A stretch of 61,872 bases of DNA, filler included, from Choristocarpus tenellus KU-1152 (taxonomy: Eukaryota; Protista; Phaeophyceae), in assembly GCA_964200185.2 (NCBI GenBank). It is 9 parts of 9 records of this genome, joined end to end, with 100 filler letters (N's around TTAATTAATTAA, not from the genome) between each part and the next. Parts side by side here need not be neighbours in the genome. Positions count along the whole stretch, not along the records: positions 32,858 to 61,872 come from CAXNAD020000114.1; 8 more parts are not named here. One strand, given 5' to 3'. The notes under the pieces were generated by a model, which saw only the letters and a program-made list of their open reading frames with translations, was not told the DNA's origin and did no database searches. Of the stretch, positions 52,601-61,872 are shown one piece after another; the first letter of the stretch is position 1, and each line of letters opens with the position of its first letter. A program made the position numbers and the translations under genes.

Positions 52601-55197
52601 TCAGTATACATCAATATTACCATGGTAATCACACCAATTTGAGGTCAAACGATAAGCTGTAAGAATACCCCTTAAACCTCAGCCTTAATCCTTTACATAC
52701 ACAAACCCTATGGTATTTCACCTTCACATGTCCTGCCCTGATCACATGAGAATGGCAAATAAGGGCTGGTAGGGACTGACGTGGAGGCCTGCCCTTTGCA
52801 TCTTTGGCGGTGTCCTTGAGTAAAGCATGAAGTCCCAGACCAAGCATGAGCTGCTCTGGATGGAGGTCTGACACCTGTTCCAGTGATACAACAATGAGCA
52901 GGACAACCAAAGCATTCTGAATTTGAGAAGTAGCACCATTAACTCTTCACAGTGTAACATAAACATTGCCATTTGGTTTTCAGGTTTGCCAGAAATAGTA
53001 ACACTCTCGATCCCTTGCCACAGACAGTCCAACACGTTAAAGAATGTGTAGAATCCTTAGTCTTGAAGTTGAAATATGTAGATTAATTCCTTCTCAGTTA
53101 TGTTGTAGTAGGTAGAAAGTTGGAGTGAGAAACACCATCCAGTCGGGGGGGGAGTGATAAAAATTTCACTCATATTTCACTCATCACTCAATCTGTGGTA
53201 CTGGCTACAACATTCCTTTTCCACCATTCTTATGATACTACAATAACCTGGATATTGTTCTCTCAATAACCCAACAGACTACAATCAACTATCCTGTTCT
53301 CCAACAGTTCCCTAACAACACTCTTCTAATTATCTAACTGATTGTTTCCTCAATAAGTATTTTCCAACATGAATTAAAAGCACAATCTTAACATTACATA
53401 AAATAAAAATAAAATTAAAAATCACTAAAATGTATAATCAGGTGCTATGAATACAAACATGGCTCTGTACAACTGAACATAACTCGGGAGAAGGAAAGAA
53501 TTGATGAGCTCCTGGGCAAACTCTTTTCACGACATGAGAGATTATCGTTTTAAACACCAAATATAGTAACAAAAAAATATATAAACCAAGCACCAGGGTT
53601 GGAAAACTATTTTAACTTTTGACAACACTCCTGCATTTCTTTTCTTCTGTCCCCAGAGCAGTATGAATCAGTCTTCACTAGCATTAAAAATTCAGCACTA
53701 CACATGCCCACAACAGCACACCTCCAGGGTACCCCCTCCTTCCTTGTCCCCCAGTAGTGGTATCAGCAGGGGTAGCGCCTCTGAAACAAACACTTCCTTG
53801 GGCATCATTCCCACCACCAGCAATGCTGCCTCAACTGCTGCCTGCCTCAGCCATTTCCTCTTCTGATAAAGTCCCACCACTACCTTCATTACCTCCTCCC
53901 CAACATAAATCTCCTCGTCCCCGCTCCGTATCTCAAAAGACCTGACCAGTCTACCTGAGCGAGCCAGGGCAGATATACCAACAAGGCGCCCCAACAGTAG
54001 CTCCCTCTCATCTATCCCCTTCATTGATCCTGCTGTCTGGGTTGCAGAGAGTATTTGTCCTAGCACAGCTGGTGTTGATAACTAGGCAATGGGGTGGGGC
54101 ACGGGGAATGGATTAGACATGAAACAAGAGGACTCAGACTATAATGCAGGCAATGGTAGAGGCAGAGGTTGTATGCAAGCCACTAAAATTAATGATCGGC
54201 AGTAGAAGGCCGACAATTCAAATATCGAACCTCAAGTAGTACACCTACTCCAACTCCATAAATGCAGCTTTTATGCAACTGTGTAGATCTTGCTATTGCT
54301 AAGTGACCTAGGGAGAACAAAACTAGATGCCAACCCTCGCTTACTGATAGCCCCGCGACTGGTCGTTTCCTACACATCTTATATGACCAAAAGAAGACTA
54401 CCAACACAATCGAACGCCTCCATTTTTGTCATGATATACCTGGATTCAAGCCTTTGACGTCCACCCACCTGTTCCTCTGGAAGCACTGTCAGCACCTCAG
54501 CTAGGCAAGAGGCAAAGCCCTGTCTGGCAGCCTCTCGACTGGAGCATATACCACGCACCAGCCGTTTCACGGCATAAGCCGTGTCTGTGCTTGGCGGTGT
54601 CACGTGTTTCACGATCTTCACAGCAGCACCCATCCTGTTGCACGAGTGCAATGTTGGATGAGGCATTAGATCTGGATGTGTGTCGATTGAGACAGTCTGA
54701 GCCTCGCACCAAAGTGCTAGGATTTTATTTCACGATCTCAAACAACGATGTATGGAATTTTCATAGGCCCCAAGATATGTTGTTAGTAGACAAAGGGCTT
54801 ATATGCTACTGCCCTACACACTCAAGACCAACAACAAAATTTTGATTGTGTAATGGTAGAGACAAGTATGTACCAAAGGAATACGACTATTGATCGATTG
54901 AGCCTGCACTTGTGTTATCAACCCATTTCTCTGTGATATGCACTCTCGGATCGCAAATACAAAAGAGGAAGAGGACAGCAAAGTAAACTGAGTTGAACTA
55001 CGAGTCGTCTCATGTGCAACACTCAGGGCAGAGAAAGCAGACACCTAGGTTTACCTGGTAGGTCCCTCTGTACTAGTCAGGTCCCAGAAGCCCTGCATGA
55101 ACTGCGAGAACCCGGGGTTTGCCGGTTTAGTGTCCATCGTAGCAGTGCCTGCGCCACAATCGTCCACCTCCATCGTATCAACTGTCATTGCACTCAT
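37590..55197 (-). CDS. POL5: Pol5 / Myb-binding protein 1A family nucleolar rRNA-biogenesis factor, about 19 exons
   Basis: FWDL, YAVKRLVRGICSSREAARQGFASCLAEVL, KWLRQ, FPKVHAVW, RFDARTG, acidic tracts, ADKALGALL...RLRALDLLE and a basic C-terminus. First six exons checked in phase (55197-55055, 54634-54469, 54081-53722, 52874-52722, 52039-51878, 50404-50324). Later exon boundaries approximate. Confidence 0.88.
46401..46466. repeat. 18-bp perfect inverted repeat with 30-nt loop, intronic
   Basis: gataattgtaactgccat / atggcagttacaattatc. Confidence 0.85.
46516..46759. mobile_element. MITE family G variant (different interior) in a POL5 intron
   Basis: gggccaaagtatct-polyG ... polyC-agatactt; left part matches 61821-61872. 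Confidence 0.75.
47210..47511. repeat. 24-bp minisatellite, about 12.5 copies, intronic
   Basis: gacaaatgtatcata(c/t)t(a/g)catcaa repeated head to tail. Confidence 0.95.
49419..49501. repeat. 21-bp tandem repeat, about 4 copies
   Basis: gtgttgatactgattaactta repeated. Confidence 0.92.
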
Positions 55198-57144
55198 GAA
55201 CTGATTGACTCCTAAATTTGTCACCCCAAAGCCACTACGAGCCACCAAAGGTTCTCAATCAATGTCGTGGATGGTGATTACTCTCTGGAATGAGTTGATA
55301 TAGAGCTTCGGCGATGCAATTGGTAGGGGAGGTAGCCACCCATCCTTGAAATTGGTTTTGAACCAACCCCAAAATCCCTAACCCTAGGCATATAGAAATT
55401 GTTATCACACCTATTTCTACCCACATACCACTTTACACTTCCCTACTACGAATTCCATTACAGTGTATATGCTTTGTTTTGTTCTAAAGTTTACTCTGTT
55501 ATGTTCGGTGGGTTTTGTTTCGTGAACATAGAACAGGTGATAGGCTCTAGGTACTGTCGTGGTCTGCCTTGTATTGGTGGTACAAAAGGTAGGAAGGTTA
55601 TCAATCAATTCACAGGGCGGACAGCAGTCATGGGAACCAACATCAACTCCACGACCTCCTCCCCTGAAACCACGTAGCCACGGACTCTGAAGGTTGGCGA
55701 GATTTTCTCTTGCATAAAACATCGCAGATTGGCCCTGGGGCAGGTCTAGATAGGGGGGGTTGTTTGGTCGTAAATGCGTTTGCCATGCAGTTGACTGAGT
55801 GCAATTTTGTTGTAAGAGCCATGAAGTTACGGACGGGGAAGTGAATTTTTTCAACCATCGAAGGTGAAGACTACTTACACTGAAACAGTGATTCCCAATC
55901 GCCAGCGCATTGGCATTGGCATCGCTGGTGTAGAGGGATGTGACAGCTCATCTGCCGTCAGATGCCACTCTGTGTAAGAGAAAATATGGCACGAGTACGT
56001 TGTGCAGAATAACAGGAGGCAGGGTGGAGGTGATCATCCTCAGTGGTGAAATTGTAGAACACGAAAATTCGTTCAACTTCCCCTGACTTTACCTGCACCA
56101 TGCCGAGAAAAGTACCAGAATGGTTACTCAACAGGTGGGATGGCTTTTTCCTGTTCGATGTTGAGATTTGTTTCTTGTGGTTCCTTGGATGTGTGAATGG
56201 TCAACATCAACCCCCCTTTTTTTCATTTCATGTTTTCCACCTATTGAGTATTGTCAGTTCCTTTTTTACTTGTTTTGGGTTGGTAAGGTGGACATCGATG
56301 TTCTAACGTCATGTGAGGTGCTGCAGTCTTGATGCCACAGTACTGAGGCAGCAGATTGAAGGGCTTAGAGCAATTGGCAACAGATACCTGCTGAGCGGGC
56401 ACAGAGACTTATACGCCATGAGGCCCAATATCATCTCACCATCAGTGCGGCACTCTTCATCCTCAGTAGTGTGCAAGCTCTGAACCTGCTCACCAGTACC
56501 TGTCATAAATTGTTCTTGACTCTTTGTTCTAGTGCCTTAGTCCTGTAGTATCGCAATGACAATATCATGGATGGTGACACCCTCAAGTTTCCACTTCCAA
56601 TGAAGCAGGCTGGTAGGCCTAAGGTGAACAAGGTGTTGAGACCTGTCCAGAGTATCCCTTCGAGGAATAAAGACTACGGATACTCAAGTTAAAACCTACT
56701 ACGCCCTATCATAAACAAACAGGACTGATTGCAGAGAAGAGGGCTGTTAAAAAAGCAACGATGATGATCCCCAGCACTCTTTGGAAGGTTGGTTGTGTGT
56801 GCTATTTCCCACCGCTCAAATCGAAGAGAGCTGCTCTTTTTCATCAGGGCAATCTTTACCTAATCTAACCTTGTCATTAATCCGTTTGGAACTGGTTGTC
56901 CTTCATCTGTTGAGAGATCGTACCTCTTCAGTCAATGTTCGTTTTAGTTCCTATTGTGCAGAGCACAACCAATCGTACTTGTTTCTCTCAACCACTCTCA
57001 TTATGTCGTATCCTAATTTTGTATCGACAATCGGCTCCTTGTCCTGTATTAAGTATGCTTGTTTCATACTTCTATTCTTTAAAACTACTAGAACCAAAAT
57101 TATTTCACCATCTCAAACCAGAAGTCAACACCACAAACTAATGT

Positions 57145-60100
57145 TTGACACACTCCCCTGCTCTTGACAGTGTGATACCAACAACTTCAGTTATCATCGC
57201 TGGTCATTAATATTCACCATTGAAGAAATAGTGTGTTAAGCTGTCCTTGACGATCTGTTGTCCCACACAACCAGTTATATTATTGTTTATTAGCCTGTAT
57301 CACAGTTGAGAAGAGAGTGAAATACCATCACTAGATGGGGCTCACCAAACCTTGCAGTAAATGACTCAGAATACGAAATGACTCAACAGCTATCTAATAC
57401 ACGTCAGAAACATTCCGCCGATTATTTCTGGTCAAATACCCCGCCTAATTATCTAGAATGTCCCACATTGTCTGTGCGTACATAAAATATCTTAAATCAT
57501 ATTCTCACAAATGGTCAAGTGTAATCTTGACACACTCCCCTGCTCTGACTATGCAGTGAGAATCAACTCAGTCTAACAATAAATCCTGCCTTGAAATCAA
57601 CTCAATCTTCACACTTCGATTCTTATTCCCAAACATGGACAAGTAAAACCTTGACACACTCCCCTGCTCTGTCCATGAATCATGAATCCAATGAATTCAA
57701 TCTGAACACTACCCCTTACTCACAGTGCATGATAGTTCTAGTGTGGAATTCAAACACATTACCACGCCACCGGACACAGAAAATCTTGAAATCACACAAT
57801 TGGCATAGTCTGCATCAGTATAGCCAATGAGTTGGTCTCTAGGTGCATTCCCGTAAAAACTGAAATCGCCGTGTAAGTCAAACCCCTCTTACTTGTCCTC
57901 AACAATAAGCAATTACTCTTTCAGGTCCGTTCCAGTCACTGTGGGATTCACAAACTGGCATCGCTAGGTTCCCTACTGCTGATGCTACATAGACCTTATC
58001 ATGATTGGTACACACATTTAGATACCACCGATCATAGATCTGTAGTAGTCTGGAACAGGTCCCTCCTGCTCCATTCTCTTTCTCCTTCCAATCGCCCTAC
58101 TCCCGCCTTGGACCTCTGTACTCTCCCTTTTTCATCCATCTGCCCCAGTCGAAAATGTATTCCCAACTTAATGAGTAAGTAAACTGAGTCTTTGAATGTT
58201 TTGTATGCCCATTTCCTCATCCACAGCCCCATTCCACAAAGGCCACTCCTCTAACTCCATTGCCTCTCGCATTTTCAATTCCCGCGCAATTCCAGGTAAC
58301 TCTTCCATTAGTTCGCCCGGTTCACATGTAGGGTCATTATTCGGATCCATATGTCGCAGCACTTTGTTCCTCACACTCTCCTGCTGTGACCCTGGGTCCG
58401 TATCACCAATGTCAGTGTTCAACCGTTCATCTAACTCCCTTTTCTCCATCACCAACCCTATTGCATTTCCTGCACCACAGGACTTAGCAGAGCTTTCTTA
58501 GAAGCATTTTGACTGGACTCATCCATAGTCCCACTAAACCTGGTTCAACGCCCTCAGTCATCAAACGCCCTACCCCAAAATCCATATATGGGGACTCCAA
58601 TTTTGCATTTGTACTTGTGGACCCTCCTGGATCAATAACTGCCCATGCCATCTTTGGGGTGAGTCCCTCCCCCCAACAATCCCTCCTGGGACTATGGCAT
58701 TCACTCCAACCCACTCAGGGGGAAGCTTACGCTTCGCTACAGTATCCTCCACTGATGTAGTAGTGTCAAACATTGATCCTTCACAATCAACATCGCCTCC
58801 ACTCCCCTCTTGAATGAGATCGACATCTCTAGCCCCAGCGTGGGTTAGGTTAATACCTCCAGTCTCATCCTGTGCAAAATCGACTCCTCTAGCCCCCTCC
58901 TGGACGAGATAATCAGATATCGCAACCTCCTCCTCTGGCGTTGCGTTCGTTCCTGTCGAGTCCACATAAACATCTTCCCCCTTCACTGACGCACGATTCT
59001 GTCTCCTTTGGAATTGGATGCCTATTACCCTTGCCGAGTGGGCAACCTCGATAATATGGCCCCCATGTTCCAGTAAACAAAATGTTCCGCGCCAAAGCAT
59101 CTTTCCTGTCCAACCCCTGATGAACATCACCTAATTGTGTGTGCAGCTCATTCACATCCATCGACGCAGATTTCTGGGCTAACTTAATTCTTGGTGTGCC
59201 AGAAACGGACGTTGTATCAGTGGTAGGGACGTTAGTAGAATCGGAGACATTCCTCGCACTCACTCTGCGCATCCCTAGGGAGAATAATTCCTCCTCCTCC
59301 AATGACGTAAAGGTGAGATTTCTTTCCCCGTTGTCCCGAAAAGTTGAGATTCTAGTGGAGTCGACAGACTGGAAACGGTGACTATCTCGTATGCAAGCCT
59401 TGGCAGAATACAAGTTCACACCAAGAACAGGCACCAAAAGTACGTTAGTGAATACAACAGTCTCCAGTTTACCACTTAGAACACATTCCAATTTGATGCC
59501 CCCCTTCCCCATGATGTCAAGTGTATCACCACCTCCAACTGCACCTGTTCCATCACAAGATTCCCAACTAACCATGTGTTCATTTGTCGTTGTAAAATTA
59601 TGTGTGACTCCGCTGTCCCAAATCCAAACCTCAAACCATGACGGTCTCTTGAAGGGGAGTGATTTTACCACTTGATTAGTTAATGGAAAAACTCCCAATC
59701 TTGGTTGTCCTTCACCAGATCCATCTGATTTTGATCCTTCTCCCTTGTTCTTAGAAGCTTCCCCCCCTATCCGATTCTTCTTCTTCCGGATGTTTGAAGA
59801 TTCCAGTCCCCTTGACAATCCCAGTTTTCTTTTTGTGGGCATGCGAAGCTTTGATTTGTGGGCACTTGGATCGGAAGTGAGGTCCACCACATTCCCAACA
59901 ATTGGGTTGTCCACCAGTGCGTCTGGATTGCCGTCCTGCCACCAGTGCGCCAGCTCTCACCCCAGCCGATGCCGTCCCCCTTTAAATAGAGTGCAGTCGA
60001 TATCTCTTCAGGACTAACGTTTCCAGTTTTATCCGCCCCTCTGCCGACTCGTCATCATCTGAGTGAAAGTATCTCAGAAGGTACGAGTTTTGCCCCGTTT

Positions 60101-61316
60101 GTCCATTTCAGACTTGGCTTCCCATGGGGTTTTTATGACATTTTCCGACTCCAAAATGTTTCGGAGTAGGTCAAATTTATATGATATGAAGAGGTGTGTC
60201 TGGAGCAAGGATATGGACAATTCTTAACAAACACGATAGCCAAAATTACATCAAAATCGCAACATTGGATTTTGCTGCCCAAATGGACGCAGCCCAACCC
60301 TCTAAGATACTTTGGCTCTCTATCTGGGACAAGATGTCCAGATATTCCTCGTTGAGTGATTCTGGTAGCCAACCCACTCTATCTTCCTCCGTCACGGAAC
60401 CTCCCAAGCTCTTCAGCTCCATTATAAGAGCCTCCTGCTGGTTAATGATGTCAGCAGGATCTCCCTCAGGTTCCAGCACCATGTCCATCAATTGCCGTTT
60501 CATAAGATTTCTCTACGTTTGTCCAGAATGAGCATAGTTCTTGACCAGTGCGGCAAATGCCTTACCTGGAGATTCGTATGTCAGCACGATGTCCAAAGTA
60601 GGTCCTGTCGTCACCTCCTGCAGTCCATTAATCGCGTACGCCGGTCGTCAATTGGTGAAGATATGGGTCCACACCGGTCGGGGAATACTCCAACGACAGT
60701 ACCCTCGGATGTTCCTTAGTTACCAGTGGTTCCCTCCATCCCGATGACAGAGCGTGTGTAAGAAACGTTTTGCTCCACTTCCTCAACGTTCCTGGTTTCC
60801 CCTTGAATGCAGGTTGTTTGGAGGAATATATATTTAATTTCGGGGCAAATACGGGCCTAGCCCCCACAGCCACCGTATTTCTAGCCCCAGGCCTAAACTC
60901 GCCCCCTTGCGAAGCTGATGTCCCATCAGACACCTCACCCCCCCCTCGGGTCATTGACGGTTCTTCCATTCCGTCATCAATTGAGTTTAGACTTGTATCG
61001 AATCTTGATCTGGGCATCATAGTTTATCTTGACTCCTTCCCGATGATAGCTAAAATCCAAGTATATTAACTACACAAGTACGCTTATAAGAGTGCTATAG
61101 TATGTTAAGCTGTTCTTGACGATATGTTGTCCCGCACAACCATTTATAATATTGTTTATTAGCTTGTATCACAGTTGAGAAGAGAGTAAGATACCATCAC
61201 TAGATGGGGCTCACCAAACCTGTTAGAGCCACAGTTGTCTCTACTACGGTGGTGAAATACTTCCAAGTACGTATCCCTCCGGTGCATGCACTATGCTCTC
61301 ATCAGATTGCTCAACA
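57145..61316 (-). mobile_element. Internally deleted Ty1/Copia LTR retrotransposon
   Basis: gag (61020 downward), zinc knuckle CWECGGPHFRSKC, protease WIWDSGVTHN, pre-integrase LHTQLG...CPLGK, integrase start VYVD.TG followed by a deletion, RT start EAM...W..AVDEE, RNase H LIGYTDADYA. ~124-bp direct repeats at 57228-57351 and 61097-61220; PPT motifs present. Confidence 0.88.
60061..60318 (+). mobile_element. MITE family GAG inserted in Copia gag
   Basis: TCT/TCT duplication; removing the MITE and one TCT restores the gag frame (..LSQIDDDESAEGRIKLETLV..). Confidence 0.92.
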
Positions 61317-61319
61317 TGA

Positions 61320-61561
61320 GAGTGAAAGTACCTTAGAGAGTACGAATTTTGCCCTGTTTATCTGTTTGGGCCTGGCTTCCCGTGAGCTTTTTATGATATT
61401 TTCCTACTCCAAAATGTGTGCGTTATGAAAATGTGTGTCCAGAACAAGGATATTGACACTTCCTGACAAGCACAATAGCCAAAATTACATCAAAATCACA
61501 ACATTAAATTTTGGTCCCCAAATTGGTGGACACGGCTCTACCCTCTAAGATACTTCGGCTC
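61320..61561 (+). mobile_element. MITE family GAG
   Basis: gagtgaaagtaccttagagagta ... taccctctaagatacttcggctc; flanks tga/taa. Confidence 0.85.
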
Positions 61562-61820
61562 TAATACACCCTGAGGTGCTACTGGCAATCGTCTTATTGA
61601 CGTCCATTGTCCACCCAGACAATGATGTTGAGTTGTATTATGCTTGTCGCAACTTCTACCACTTCCACCTTTTGAGGTACCCATTTGGATCAAGCACCCT
61701 CTCCTTGATATTCTTGGAGAGGTAAATGTGGCAATGATTATTTCTCCATTGTGGTTCCATGCTTGATCCCAATCCCCAGCCAATTCACTGTCTCAATGTA
61801 GTTGTTGGAACTAGAAATCT

Positions 61821-61872
61821 GGGTCAAAGTATCTGGGGGGGGGGTGGTGGTTTGTGAGGGGGCGTCCGTTTC
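61821..61872. mobile_element. Left end of a MITE family G variant, cut by the window end
   Basis: gggtcaaagtatct-polyG-tggtggtttgtgagggggcgtccgtttc, as at 46516-46630. Confidence 0.8.

Noticed and set aside
55300-56760. Possible BBS7 5' exons or a divergently transcribed gene upstream of POL5
   Set aside because: Candidate exon translations do not resemble the BBS7 N-terminus and could not be chained in phase

Overview
Eukaryotic, intron-rich genomic DNA, probably from a stramenopile such as a brown alga (inferred from gene content, short exons with GT-AG introns and TTAGGG motifs). The window is not one locus. It is nine contigs joined by eight artificial 100-bp linkers (N44-TTAATTAATTAA-N44), so adjacency across linkers means nothing. 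Recognisable genes: one prolyl 4-hydroxylase exon (6.8 kb), the first three exons of an atypical MTHFR (26.5-28.1 kb), seven internal exons of BBS7 (33.6-36.9 kb, minus) and an apparently complete, roughly 19-exon POL5/MYBBP1A gene (37.6-55.2 kb, minus). There are also several orphan exon sets and a degraded tandem-PDZ region. Mobile DNA is abundant: a DD39D mariner remnant with a Stowaway-like MITE, an intron-containing Sola-like (DUF7869-type) transposase, two related MITE families with G-rich/GAG-type termini, a Gypsy remnant, RLE-type LINE 3' ends and an internally deleted Copia with a triplicated PPT. Best leads: (1) the spliced Sola-like transposase and the MITEs it may mobilise; (2) BBS7 lacking its 5' third, with a MITE and then POL5 where those exons should be; (3) an MTHFR with a remodelled GAGG loop; (4) orientation-biased telomere hexamers in introns. 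I see no CRISPR, rRNA or tRNA, and no demonstrably new multi-gene system. All family assignments come from motif recognition by eye, not from database searches.
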